DNA of 32,000 nucleotides from Buchnera aphidicola str. APS (Acyrthosiphon pisum). GTDB lineage: Bacteria; Pseudomonadota; Gammaproteobacteria; Enterobacterales; Enterobacteriaceae. The DNA lies in NCBI RefSeq assembly GCF_000009605.1, contig NC_002528.1, forward strand, positions 1 through 32,000. Reading direction: 5' to 3'. The notes beneath the pieces were generated by a model that saw nothing but the letters and a program-made list of their open reading frames with translations, was not told where the DNA came from and did no database searches. The position numbers and the translations under genes are program-made. Shown in pieces: positions 1 through 15,010 of the stretch. Position 1 is the stretch's first letter. The number at the start of each line of letters is the position of its first letter.

Positions 1-196
1 TTATCCACAGATTTGTTCTTTACTAATAATAATAGTAATTATTATTTTTTATTTTTTTTATTTTTTTGAATTTAAACCTTAAAGAAAAGAAAAAGATCTT
101 TTTTTTAAGATATTATGTTTTTAAGATTAACATGTGTTATCTTGAATAAAATATTAATACTATTTGAATATTTTTAAATTTTTAAAAGGTTTTTAT
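1..196. other. oriC: Edge of the chromosomal replication origin (oriC) upstream of mnmG: DnaA box plus AT-rich unwinding-type region
   Basis: Positions 1-9 read TTATCCACA, a perfect consensus DnaA box. Its orientation relative to mnmG matches box R1 of E. coli oriC. Positions 20-94 are almost pure A/T with T6-T8 runs. AGATCT lies at 94-99, and GATCTTTTTTTTA at 95-107 matches the E. coli 13-mer GATCTnTTnTTTT at 12/13. A 10-nt direct repeat TTTTTAAGAT occurs at 102-111 and 118-127. The rest of the origin would lie beyond the window start. Confidence 0.55.
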
Positions 197-2083
197 ATGT
201 TTAATTTAAGAAATTTTGATGTAATCGTTGTTGGAGCAGGACATGCTGGTACTGAAGCAGCTATGGCTTCATCAAGAATGGGTTGTAAAACATTATTGCT
301 CACTCAAAAAATTTCAGATTTAGGTGCTTTATCATGTAATCCAGCTATTGGAGGGATAGGAAAAAGTCATTTAGTAAAAGAAATAGATGCATTAGGTGGT
401 ATGATGGCTAAAGCTATTGATTACTCTGGTATTCAGTTTAGAATTCTGAATTCTAGCAAAGGTCCTGCTGTAAGATCTACTAGAGCTCAAGCCGATAAAA
501 TCCTGTATCATGAGACAGTAAAAAAAATATTAAAAAAGCAAAATAATTTGTTAATTTTAGAAGCAGAAGTTAAGGATTTAATTTTTAAAAATTACTCTGT
601 TGTTGGTGTGTTAACACAAAATGAAATTAATTTCTACTCTCGTTCAGTTGTGTTAGCAGCAGGCACTTTTTTAGGAGGTAAAATACATATAGGGTTAAAA
701 AGTTATTCTGCTGGTAGAATAGGAGATAAGTCTGCTATAGATTTATCTGTTCGTTTAAGAGAATTGTCTTTGCGAGTTAATAGATTAAAAACAGGAACGC
801 CGCCTCGAATTGATATCAACACTGTTAATTTTAACAATTTATTAATTCAAAATAGCGATACTCCTGTTCCAGTTTTTTCATTTATGGGAAACGTTTCACA
901 TCATCCTAAACAGATACCATGTTACCTCACACATACTAATGAAAAAACACATGAAATAATACGTAAAAATTTAGATAAAAGTCCAATATATACGGGTTTT
1001 TTAAAAGGTTTAGGACCTCGATACTGTCCTTCTATTGAAGATAAAATTGTACGTTTTCCAGATAGAAAATCACATCAAGTATTTTTAGAACCTGAAGGAT
1101 TATCTAGTATTAAAGTATATCCTAATGGTATTTCGACCAGTCTTCCAATAGAAGTTCAAGAACAAATAGTAGCGTCTATAAAAGGTTTAGAAAAATCCAA
1201 AATTATCAGACCTGGATATGCCATTGAATATGATTTTTTTGATCCAAAAGACTTAAATTTAACTTTAGAAAGCAAATTAATTAAAGGGTTATTTTTTGCC
1301 GGGCAAATTAACGGAACTACTGGTTATGAAGAAGCGGCTTCACAAGGATTGTTGGCAGGATTAAATGCAGCATTAAGTTCAAAGAATACTGAAGGATGGT
1401 TTCCTAGACGTGATCAAGCATATTTGGGTGTTTTAATAGATGATTTAACTACTCAAGGCACAGAGGAACCATACCGCATGTTTACTTCACGTGCCGAATA
1501 TCGACTTTCTTTAAGAGAAGATAATGCAGATTTACGTTTAACTGAAATTGGTCGTAAACTTGGTTTAGTAAATGATTCAAGATGGATTCGTTATAATCAA
1601 AAAGTATTGAATATTCAAACAGAAATGAATCGTTTAAAAAAAAATAAAATAAGTCCTATATCACCAGATGCTGATATTTTAAAAAAATTATATAATATTA
1701 ATTTAATTAAAGAAATAAGTATGTCTGAATTATTAAAACGACCGCAAATTAGATATCAAGACTTACAATCTCTAGAATCTTTTAGAACAGGAATTGTTGA
1801 TTTGGAAGCGATAGGACAGATAGAAAATGAGATTAAATATGCAGGTTATATTAAACGACAATCAGAAGAGATCGAGCGACATTTAAAAAATGAAAATACT
1901 TTCTTATCATCTATTTATGATTATAACAAAATAAGAGGTTTATCTTCTGAGGTTGTTAAAAAATTAAATGATTACAAACCCATTTCTATTGGTCAAGCAT
2001 CACGTATTTCTGGAATTACACCAGCTGCTATATCAATTTTATTAATTCATCTAAAAAAAGAATCTTATAAACATACTTTGTAG
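197..2083 (+). CDS. mnmG: tRNA uridine 5-carboxymethylaminomethyl modification enzyme MnmG (GidA)
   Basis: From ORF 164..2083. The start is trimmed to ATG197, with AAAAGG 8 nt upstream, because [24 protein letters not shown] aligns with the E. coli MnmG N-terminus (FAD GxGxxG motif). The result is 628 aa with full-length collinearity. Confidence 0.95.
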   Translation: MFNLRNFDVIVVGAGHAGTEAAMASSRMGCKTLLLTQKISDLGALSCNPAIGGIGKSHLVKEIDALGGMMAKAIDYSGIQFRILNSSKGPAVRSTRAQADKILYHETVKKILKKQNNLLILEAEVKDLIFKNYSVVGVLTQNEINFYSRSVVLAAGTFLGGKIHIGLKSYSAGRIGDKSAIDLSVRLRELSLRVNRLKTGTPPRIDINTVNFNNLLIQNSDTPVPVFSFMGNVSHHPKQIPCYLTHTNEKTHEIIRKNLDKSPIYTGFLKGLGPRYCPSIEDKIVRFPDRKSHQVFLEPEGLSSIKVYPNGISTSLPIEVQEQIVASIKGLEKSKIIRPGYAIEYDFFDPKDLNLTLESKLIKGLFFAGQINGTTGYEEAASQGLLAGLNAALSSKNTEGWFPRRDQAYLGVLIDDLTTQGTEEPYRMFTSRAEYRLSLREDNADLRLTEIGRKLGLVNDSRWIRYNQKVLNIQTEMNRLKKNKISPISPDADILKKLYNINLIKEISMSELLKRPQIRYQDLQSLESFRTGIVDLEAIGQIENEIKYAGYIKRQSEEIERHLKNENTFLSSIYDYNKIRGLSSEVVKKLNDYKPISIGQASRISGITPAAISILLIHLKKESYKHTL

Positions 2084-2213
2084 ATTACAAAATGATTAAT
2101 TTTTTAGTTTTCAAATCATTTTTTATAATTTTTAAAAATTAAAATTTGATTTTAATGTATTTAAAATACATAATAATTGTTTAAATTTGATTTTATTGCT
2201 AAATGGTAACTGT

Positions 2214-2243
2214 TTGCTGAATGTATTTTTTTTGTTGTATAAT
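2214..2243 (+). promoter_or_regulatory. Candidate sigma70 promoter of the atp operon (TTGCTG - 18 nt - TATAAT)
   Basis: A perfect TATAAT lies at 2238-2243, with a TTG-containing -35 at 2214-2219. It sits about 35 nt upstream of the atpB ATG. In a genome this AT-rich such hexamers arise by chance, so confidence is low. Confidence 0.3.
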
Positions 2244-2268
2244 CTTTTTTAAAATTATAAAAATATGA

Positions 2269-3102
<834 letters not shown>

Positions 3103-3123
3103 AATCTATTGTGATTTTTTTAA

Positions 3124-3378
<255 letters not shown>

Positions 3379-3431
3379 TTTTTTTACTATAATTTTTTAT
3401 AAAAAACATATTATTTTAGATTATTACATAA

Positions 3432-3464
3432 AATCTTTACGTTTTTTTAGATAACGTAAAGATT
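3432..3464 (+). promoter_or_regulatory. Perfect 12-bp stem / 9-nt loop hairpin in the atpE-atpF spacer (intra-operon RNA structure)
   Basis: AATCTTTACGTT at 3432-3443 is the exact reverse complement of AACGTAAAGATT at 3453-3464. The loop is TTTTTAGAT. The right arm is followed by AATTTT rather than a long U tract. The hairpin sits in a 118-nt untranslated gap inside an otherwise tightly packed operon. Confidence 0.6.
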
Positions 3465-3496
3465 AATTTTCATATTGATATAAAAGGTGGATTCTC

Positions 3497-3982
3497 GTGA
3501 ATCTTAATGCGACAATTCTTGGACAAGCTATTTCATTTGTTTTATTTGTCTGGTTTTGTATGAAATATATTTGGCCTCCTATTATTTTAGCTATTGAAAC
3601 TAGACAGAAAGAGATTAAAGAATCATTAACTAATGCAAAAAAAGCTCGGGATGAATTATATATTCTCGAAAAAAAAATACATCAAAATATTATTGATGCC
3701 AAACAAAAAGCATCGAATATTTTAAATTCAGCAAATAAACAAAAAGTGTCAATTTTAGAAGATGCAAGAAATCAGGCGTTAGAAGAAAGTAAAAAAATTA
3801 TCCTGAATACTCAATCAGAAATTAATATTGCTATTACACATGCACGTAAAAATTTACATAAAGAAGTAGTAGATTTATCTATTTCTATGGCAGAAAAAAT
3901 TATCAAAAAAAATATTTCTAAAGATGATAATCAAGAGTTGTTAGATGAATTAGTTACTTCTTTATCACAGGTGAAAAATTAA
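3497..3982 (+). CDS. atpF: F0F1 ATP synthase subunit b
   Basis: 161 aa with a GTG start, as in E. coli. MNLNATILGQAISFVLFVWFCMKYIWPP is near-identical to the E. coli AtpF N-terminus. An AAGGTGGA Shine-Dalgarno lies upstream. Confidence 0.95.
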   Translation: MNLNATILGQAISFVLFVWFCMKYIWPPIILAIETRQKEIKESLTNAKKARDELYILEKKIHQNIIDAKQKASNILNSANKQKVSILEDARNQALEESKKIILNTQSEINIAITHARKNLHKEVVDLSISMAEKIIKKNISKDDNQELLDELVTSLSQVKN

Positions 3983-4515
3983 TGTCAGTAGCAGATACTA
4001 TTGCTAGACCTTATGCTCAAGCAATTTTTGAAATTGCCATTGAGAATAATACAATTGAAAAATGGAAAAATATATTAATTTTTATTAAAACTATTGCTTC
4101 GCATAAAAAATTTAAAAATTTTTTGTCAGGTTCTATTTCACCTAAATATTTATCGTTAATATTTATCACAATTGGCACTAATATAATTGATGAAAACGCA
4201 AAAAATTTAATAAAATTATTATCTGAAAATCAACGTTTTAATATATTAAATAATATATTCGAACGATTTGTAAAATTAGAAGCATGTTATAAAAACATCA
4301 TAATAGTTCAATTGAAATCAGCATTTTCTTTAAAAGAAAATCTCATTAACAAAATACGAAAAGTATTAGAACGGTTCTTCTTAAAAAAAACTAAAATTAT
4401 ATATAAAGTAGATCCTAATATACTTAATGGTATGATTGTAAAGGTGAATAATACTATTTTTGATTTATCTGCTCAAAATCATCTTAAACAATTATCTGAT
4501 TCTTTAAATTTTTAA
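3982..4515 (+). CDS. atpH: F0F1 ATP synthase subunit delta
   Basis: 177 aa. The start overlaps the atpF stop (TAATG). The assignment rests on position in the atp operon and on similarity of the N-terminus (...TIARPYAQAIFE...) to E. coli AtpH (TVARPYAKAAFDFA). Confidence 0.9.
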   Translation: MSVADTIARPYAQAIFEIAIENNTIEKWKNILIFIKTIASHKKFKNFLSGSISPKYLSLIFITIGTNIIDENAKNLIKLLSENQRFNILNNIFERFVKLEACYKNIIIVQLKSAFSLKENLINKIRKVLERFFLKKTKIIYKVDPNILNGMIVKVNNTIFDLSAQNHLKQLSDSLNF

Positions 4516-4529
4516 GAGAATAAAAATAT

Positions 4530-6068
4530 ATGAGATTAAATTCTACAGAAATCAGTAAATTAATTAAAGAAAGAATAGCGCAATTTGAAGTTTTTAATCA
4601 ATCATACAATGAAGGCTCTATTATTTCTGTAAGTGATGGTATTATAAAAATCAATGGTCTTTCTAACGTAATGTTAGGTGAAATGATTTTATTGCCTAAT
4701 AACGAGTATGCAATTGCTTTAAATATAGAAAGGGATACAGTTGGTGCTGTAGTTATGGGTCCCTATATTCATATTTCTGAAGGAGCTAAAGTACGGTGTA
4801 CAGGGAAAATACTGGAAGTGCCAGTAGGTGATAATTTTTTAGGTCGAGTAGTAAATGCATTAGGTTTTCCTATTGATGGAAAGGATTCCATACAAAATGA
4901 TGGTTTTTTTCCAGTAGAAGCTGATGCTCCTGGAGTAATTGACCGAAAATCAGTCAACCAGCCTATACAAACAGGTTATAAAGTTATCGATTCAATGATT
5001 CCTATCGGACGAGGTCAACGTGAATTAATTATTGGTGATAGACAAACAGGAAAAACTGCACTAGCAATAGATACAATTATTAATCAGAAACAATCTGGTA
5101 TTAAATGTATTTATGTCGCTATTGGACAGAAACTTTCCACAATTATTAATGTTGTTAAAAAATTAGAAGAAAACAACGCTTTATTTAATACAATCATAGT
5201 AGTAGCTTCTGCTTCAGAAGCCGCATCCTTACAATATTTAGCACCATATTCTGGTTGTGCTATGGCAGAATTTTTTCGAAATAAAGGAGAAGATTCTTTA
5301 ATTATTTATGATGATCTTTCAAAACATGCAGTAGCTTATCGTCAAATTTCTTTATTATTGCGCAGACCACCAGGAAGAGAAGCATTTCCTGGAGATATAT
5401 TTTATCTACATTCTCGTTTATTAGAAAGAGCCTCTCGAGTCTCTATGGAGTATGTACAGAAAATAACCAAAAATAAAATTACTGGAAAAACAGGATCCAT
5501 TACAGCTTTGCCTATTATTGAAACACAATCTGGAGATGTTTCTGCTTTTGTTCCTACTAATGTTATTTCTATTACCGATGGTCAAATTTTTTTAGAATCA
5601 AATTTATTTAATTCGGGCATTCGACCTGCTGTAAATCCCGGTATATCTGTTTCTCGTGTAGGAAGTGCCGCACAAACTACGATTATTAAAAAACTCTCGT
5701 CTGGGATTCGTACGGCATTAGCACAGTATCAAGAACTTGCTGCATTTTCACAATTTTCATCTGATTTGGATGATACCACTAGAAAGCAATTAAATCATGG
5801 TCAAAAAATTACAGAATTATTAAAACAAAAACAATATTCACCTATTTCTATAGCCGAACAGGCTCTTATACTTTTTGTTGCAGAAAATAATTTTCTTGAT
5901 GATATTTCTATAGATAAAATCACTAAATTTGAAAAAGAAATATTAATTTATGCTCATAATTATTATTTTGATTTAATGGAAGAAATTAATAAAACAGGCG
6001 ATTTTAATATTGTTATAAAAGATAAATTTATTAAATTAATTACCGAGTTTAAAAAAAATCAATTTTAA
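4530..6068 (+). CDS. atpA: F0F1 ATP synthase subunit alpha
   Basis: 512 aa with Walker A GDRQTGKT. It is collinear with E. coli AtpA. Confidence 0.97.
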   Translation: MRLNSTEISKLIKERIAQFEVFNQSYNEGSIISVSDGIIKINGLSNVMLGEMILLPNNEYAIALNIERDTVGAVVMGPYIHISEGAKVRCTGKILEVPVGDNFLGRVVNALGFPIDGKDSIQNDGFFPVEADAPGVIDRKSVNQPIQTGYKVIDSMIPIGRGQRELIIGDRQTGKTALAIDTIINQKQSGIKCIYVAIGQKLSTIINVVKKLEENNALFNTIIVVASASEAASLQYLAPYSGCAMAEFFRNKGEDSLIIYDDLSKHAVAYRQISLLLRRPPGREAFPGDIFYLHSRLLERASRVSMEYVQKITKNKITGKTGSITALPIIETQSGDVSAFVPTNVISITDGQIFLESNLFNSGIRPAVNPGISVSRVGSAAQTTIIKKLSSGIRTALAQYQELAAFSQFSSDLDDTTRKQLNHGQKITELLKQKQYSPISIAEQALILFVAENNFLDDISIDKITKFEKEILIYAHNYYFDLMEEINKTGDFNIVIKDKFIKLITEFKKNQF

Positions 6069-6100
6069 AAAAATAACTAATAAGTTAAAAAGAGAAAATA

Positions 6101-8394
<2,294 letters not shown>

Positions 8395-8420
8395 TTTTTT
8401 TGGATGTACAGGATATATTT

Positions 8421-8837
8421 ATGAATTTTTATTTAGATGTAGTTAGTTTAACAAAGACTATATTTTCTGGATTTGTAGAAAAAATTCGAGTTTCTGGAAG
8501 TGAAGGAGAACTCGGTATTTATCCAGGACATGCTCAGTTGTTAAGTATACTTAAACCGGGAATGGTATACATTTTTCATAAGAAAGATAAAAAAGAAGAA
8601 TGTATTTATATATCAGGAGGAATATTAGAAGTGCAACCTTCTGTTGTATCTATTTTAGCTGATGTTGCTATTCATGCTATTGATTTAGATCGAAGTCGTA
8701 TTTTAAAAACAAAAAAAAATGCGGAAGAATCTATTAAAAGTAACAATACAAAAATTAATAAAGATGCTATTTTATTGCAAATTTCTAAAGAAATTGCAAA
8801 ATTAAGAGTGCTTGAAGTAATGGATAAATTTAAATGA
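8421..8837 (+). CDS. atpC: F0F1 ATP synthase subunit epsilon
   Basis: From ORF 8400..8837, trimmed to ATG8421 with AGGA at 8411-8414. [38 protein letters not shown] aligns with the E. coli AtpC start ([40 protein letters not shown]). Confidence 0.93.
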
Positions 8838-8850
8838 AAAATAATCTTTC

Positions 8851-8872
8851 GCGGCTGGTTTTTTCCTGCCGC
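8851..8872. terminator. G+C-rich stem-loop between convergent atpC and gyrB (probable bidirectional terminator / 3' end stabiliser)
   Basis: GCGGCTGG at 8851-8858 pairs with CCTGCCGC at 8865-8872, giving 7 of 8 pairs and one T-T mismatch. The loop is TTTTTT. It is the only G+C-rich patch in the 73-nt convergent spacer. No canonical U tract follows it on either strand. Confidence 0.55.
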
Positions 8873-8910
8873 AAGTACTAAAAAATTTATTCTAAGAATA
8901 AAAAATATTT

Positions 8911-11406
<2,496 letters not shown>

Positions 11407-11448
11407 TTACATTATTTATTATATTCTATAATGCAGGTTCGAAAATAT

Positions 11449-12549
11449 TTAACGTTTTAATAACATTACAACATACAATATTGATGCATCATTTTCTGCT
11501 TCAATTTGTATTGAATTATTAGCATTATTTAAAAATAAAAAAATATTTTCGCTAGTAATAGAATTTAATATTTCTATTATGTAGTACACATTAATTGATA
11601 TTTTTACTGTATTTCCAGTATAATTTATATTAAATCTATCTTCTGCTATTTCTTCTTCTTGATTATCAGATAATACTTTAAATTGACCATTTCTGATATG
11701 AATTTCTACTCCACAAAATTTTTCATGGGATAAAATAGCAGCTCGTAACAATGATTGCTTTAATAGTTTTGAATTTAAAGTAATAAAATTGTTTTTATTT
11801 TCAAGCAAAACACTCTTATAATCAGGATATTGTCCTTCAATTAATTGTGTTGTAAATATAAGATCTTCTATATGTACTCTAATATTATTTTTTCCAACTA
11901 AAACTTTTATTGGTTGTTTTGGAATATTTAATAATCTATATAGTTCAATAACGCCTTTTCTTGGAATAACTATTGAAAAAGGAATTATATTTTCTTTTAA
12001 AAAAAATTTTGATATTCCTAGACGATATCCATCTGTGGCTACTGCATAAAGTGATCGATCTGTTTTTTCTAATAAAATACCATTAAGGTAGTATCGTACA
12101 TCTTGTTTAGCCATAGAAAATTGAATTTTTTCTATCATTTTTTTTAAAATATCTGAAGGTATAAAAAATTCTGAAATATGATGAAAGTCATGATGAACTG
12201 GAAAACTATCATAAGGTAAGGTGGTTAATATATAACGACTATTTCCAGAAATAATATGCATTTTATTATTGTTTAATTGCATCTCTATATTTGATGAATT
12301 TAATGAATTTCTGCAAATATCTAAAAGTTTTCGGCCTGAAATCGTTGCAGTTCCTGATATGTGTTCTGTTGATAGTTGAATCATAGCAACTAATTCTATT
12401 TCTAAATTCGTCCCTGTTAATGATAACATTCCGTTTTTTATATTTATTAATACATTATCTAAAATAGGAAGAGAAGTATTTTTTACAAGCAACCGACTTA
12501 TTTTTTGTAAATTTTTAATTAAAATATTATTATTGATAATAAATTTCAT
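11449..12549 (-). CDS. dnaN: DNA polymerase III beta sliding clamp
   Basis: 366 aa, the same length as E. coli DnaN. It lies immediately downstream of dnaA with a 4-nt gap, and begins [21 protein letters not shown] (E. coli: MKFTVEREHLLKPLQQVSGPL). Confidence 0.93.
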   Translation of the reverse strand: MKFIINNNILIKNLQKISRLLVKNTSLPILDNVLINIKNGMLSLTGTNLEIELVAMIQLSTEHISGTATISGRKLLDICRNSLNSSNIEMQLNNNKMHIISGNSRYILTTLPYDSFPVHHDFHHISEFFIPSDILKKMIEKIQFSMAKQDVRYYLNGILLEKTDRSLYAVATDGYRLGISKFFLKENIIPFSIVIPRKGVIELYRLLNIPKQPIKVLVGKNNIRVHIEDLIFTTQLIEGQYPDYKSVLLENKNNFITLNSKLLKQSLLRAAILSHEKFCGVEIHIRNGQFKVLSDNQEEEIAEDRFNINYTGNTVKISINVYYIIEILNSITSENIFLFLNNANNSIQIEAENDASILYVVMLLKR

Positions 12550-12553
12550 ATGA

Positions 12554-13918
12554 TCACTTTGATAGAGTTCTAATTAAATTTAAAAAATCTTTTTTAATAT
12601 CGTGATTTTCTTTTCGCAATTGTTCGATTTTACAACATGCATGCAGTACTGTTGTATGATCTCTGCCACTAAAAGCTTCTCCTATTTCAGGCAAACTATG
12701 ATTAGTTAATTTTTTCGCCATAGCCATTGCCATTTGTCTTGGACGAGCTATTGAACGTGAACGTTTTTTTGATAATAGATCAGAAACTTTAATTTTATAG
12801 TATTTTGCTACTGTTTTTTGGATATTATCAATAGTGATAATTTTTTCTTGTACAGCAAGTATATCTTGAAGTGCTTCACGAGCAAAATCTACAGTAATAG
12901 CACGATGGGTAAAACGAGAATTAAGAATAACTCGATTTAAAGCACCTTCTAATTCGCGTACATTAGATCGTAAATGTTTAGCAATAAAAAAAGCCACTTC
13001 ATTAGATAATATGACGTTATTTTGATCAGCTTTTTTTATAAGAATAGCAACTCTAGTTTCAATTTCTGGAGGATCGATAGCAATTGTGAGACCCCAGCTA
13101 AATCTTGATTTTAGACGATCTTCAACTCCGTTTATTTCTTTAGGATAACGGTCAGAAGTTAATATGATTTGTTGATTTCCTTCTATTAAAGTATTAAATG
13201 TATGAAAAAATTCTTCTTGTGAACGTTCTTTATGTGCAAAAAATTGAATATCATCGATTAATAGTGCATCAACAGAACGATAATACAATTTAAATTTTTC
13301 AATAGCATTATTTTTTAATGCTTTTACCATGTCTTGTACAAAACATTCAGAATTCATAAAAATGATTTTAATATCATACTTATATGATAAAATTTCATTT
13401 CCTATAGCATGAAGTAAGTGAGTTTTTCCTAATCCTGTTGCACCATATAAGAATAATGGATTATAAGAATTTCCAGGATTTCTTGCGGCTTGAAATGCTG
13501 CTGAACGTGCAAGCTGATTAGATTTTCCTTCTACAAAGTTTTGAAAATTATATCTTTTATTAATATTAGATCGATAAGACAAATTTTTGAATTTTGGAAT
13601 ATTGGACCAGATTAGCTTTTCATTTTTATTATTATTATTATTTTCAATGTTTTTTTTTAATTTGTTTTCTTTATAAATTTGATAAATTTCAAATTTTATT
13701 AATGGAGAATTAGTACCGCAATAATCTTGCAGTATTTTTTTTAAATGATTTAAGTATTTGTCTTTCACCCATTCCAAAACAAATTTATTTGGCGCATATA
13801 TTTCTAGAATGTTATTGTTTAGTTTGGCCTTCAGAGAGCGTATCCACATACTAAACTCTGTATTCGGTAGCTCATCCTGCAACCGGTCAAGACACTGTTT
13901 CCAAAGACAAAGTGACAC
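12554..13918 (-). CDS. dnaA: Chromosomal replication initiator DnaA
   Basis: From ORF 12554..13930 (TTG). I prefer GTG13918 because GGAG at 13925-13928 sits 6 nt upstream. In addition, (M)[26 protein letters not shown] aligns residue for residue with the E. coli DnaA start, which also uses GTG. The protein is 454 aa and carries Walker [11 protein letters not shown]. Confidence 0.95.
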   Translation of the reverse strand: MSLCLWKQCLDRLQDELPNTEFSMWIRSLKAKLNNNILEIYAPNKFVLEWVKDKYLNHLKKILQDYCGTNSPLIKFEIYQIYKENKLKKNIENNNNNKNEKLIWSNIPKFKNLSYRSNINKRYNFQNFVEGKSNQLARSAAFQAARNPGNSYNPLFLYGATGLGKTHLLHAIGNEILSYKYDIKIIFMNSECFVQDMVKALKNNAIEKFKLYYRSVDALLIDDIQFFAHKERSQEEFFHTFNTLIEGNQQIILTSDRYPKEINGVEDRLKSRFSWGLTIAIDPPEIETRVAILIKKADQNNVILSNEVAFFIAKHLRSNVRELEGALNRVILNSRFTHRAITVDFAREALQDILAVQEKIITIDNIQKTVAKYYKIKVSDLLSKKRSRSIARPRQMAMAMAKKLTNHSLPEIGEAFSGRDHTTVLHACCKIEQLRKENHDIKKDFLNLIRTLSK

Positions 13919-14281
13919 GGTAGACTCCAAGCGAACACAATCAATAAAAAAATAAACTTTGAAAAGTTATTGTTTTTCATACGTTTACTTTGATATATAT
14001 AATTTTATATAATTTTTTTTATATGAAATTATGTTTTTTATATTAAAAGTTATACAATCTAAGATTGGCGAGTATAACGAAAAGGATATAATATATTGTT
14101 AAGATATTTTTTATCTCAAGAAGTGATTTTTAAATGTACTGTCATTTTTATAAAAAAACATAATTATCATACCAGAATACAAAATTAAAAATATTTTTTT
14201 AGATCAGTTGATATCGAATGTATTTTAATTGATAAAAATTTTTATAATATTTTTTATAATCAATGATTTAAATAAAGTTAA

Positions 14282-14310
14282 TTGACTATAGCATTTAGAA
14301 TAATTAATCT
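14282..14310 (+). promoter_or_regulatory. Candidate sigma70 promoter for rpmH-rnpA (TTGACT - 17 nt - TAATCT)
   Basis: The -35 TTGACT lies at 14282-14287 and the -10 TAATCT at 14305-14310, about 58 nt upstream of the rpmH ATG. This rests on hexamer matches only. Confidence 0.3.
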
Positions 14311-14368
14311 TATTAAACGTGAATTTTATAAATTATATTCAACAAAAAATAGTAAGGTAAATATTAAA

Positions 14369-14512
14369 ATGAAACGAACTTTTCAACCATCAATATTAAA
14401 ACGTAATCGTTCACATGGATTTAGAATTCGTATGGCAACAAAAAATGGTCGTTATATTTTATCACGAAGACGTGCTAAGTTAAGAACACGTTTAACTGTT
14501 TCTAGCAAATAG
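14369..14512 (+). CDS. rpmH: 50S ribosomal protein L34
   Basis: From ORF 14282..14512, trimmed to ATG14369 with AAGGT at 14354-14358. [28 protein letters not shown]... matches E. coli L34 almost exactly. The protein is 47 aa. Confidence 0.96.
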   Translation: MKRTFQPSILKRNRSHGFRIRMATKNGRYILSRRRAKLRTRLTVSSK

Positions 14513-14524
14513 TAGGTTAATATT

Positions 14525-14872
14525 TTGTTGAATTATTTTTTTAAAAAACAATTACGATTATCTGACTCTACAAGTTTTCAAGATGTTTTCAATGGATCTG
14601 TAAAAAAAAAAAATACTTTAGAAATAAGTATTTTAGGACGTTTTAATTTATTAGGACATCCTAGATTAGGTCTTAGCATACCTCGAAAAAACATTAAGCA
14701 TGCTCATAATCGAAATTTGATTAAACGATTAGTGCGAGAGACTTTTCGTTTATTACAATACAAATTACTTTCAATGGACTTTGTAGTGATAGCAAAAAAA
14801 AATATTCTCTTTTTAAATAATACAAGAATAATAGATATGCTAAATAGTTTGTGGTCTAATTATTATAGATAA
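14525..14872 (+). CDS. rnpA: RNase P protein component
   Basis: 115 aa. ...ILGRFNLLGHPRLGLSIPRKNIKHAHNRNLIKRLVRETFRL... matches the E. coli RnpA RNR motif region. The start is non-ATG (TTG14525 or TTG14528), so it is uncertain by one codon. Confidence 0.9.
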   Translation: MLNYFFKKQLRLSDSTSFQDVFNGSVKKKNTLEISILGRFNLLGHPRLGLSIPRKNIKHAHNRNLIKRLVRETFRLLQYKLLSMDFVVIAKKNILFLNNTRIIDMLNSLWSNYYR

Positions 14873-15010
14873 TAATATTTTTTATTCTATATATTATAAA
14901 TACATTATCTATTTTAAATATGATTAAAATAATTTTATGTCAATTGAAGTAGTACCCTTTAAATATAGTTATTTAACTGTGAATATTAGAGATAAAAGTG
15001 AATATTAATT

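Noticed and set aside
164-196. N-terminal extensions on the ORF track: mnmG from TTG164, atpC from TTG8400, dnaA from TTG13930, rpmH from TTG14282, efp from 20985, glmS from 27810, yigL from 29340
   Set aside because: In each case an internal start aligns exactly with the E. coli N-terminus. For mnmG, atpC, dnaA, rpmH, efp and yigL that start is also preceded by a purine-rich SD. For glmS the catalytic Cys must be residue 2. The upstream in-frame codons encode A/T-rich junk peptides.
2089-2122. Possible terminator hairpin after mnmG (AAAATGATT ... AATCATTTT, 9-bp stem, 16-nt loop)
   Set aside because: The stem is almost entirely A-T with a large loop. Such pairings are expected by chance at this base composition, so it is not reported as a feature.
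2155-2171. 17-bp palindrome ATGTATTTAAAATACAT in the mnmG-atpB spacer (possible operator)
   Set aside because: It is an A/T-only palindrome of a kind common by chance here. No matching regulator or second copy was seen in the window.
4769-4957. 62-aa ORF antisense within atpA
   Set aside because: It is a shadow ORF inside a highly conserved CDS, with a Pro/Ser/Thr-rich nonsense product.
13758-13955. 65-aa plus-strand ORF overlapping the dnaA start
   Set aside because: It lies antisense to the G+C-rich 5' end of dnaA and has no SD or recognisable product. Its existence is explained by the local G+C island.
13931-14368. DnaA boxes in the dnaA-rpmH divergent spacer (autoregulation, as in E. 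coli)
   Set aside because: The best matches are only 6-7 of 9: TTATACAAT in the TTATACAATC run around 14050-14059, and TTATCTCAA around 14111-14119. At this A/T content such matches are not significant.
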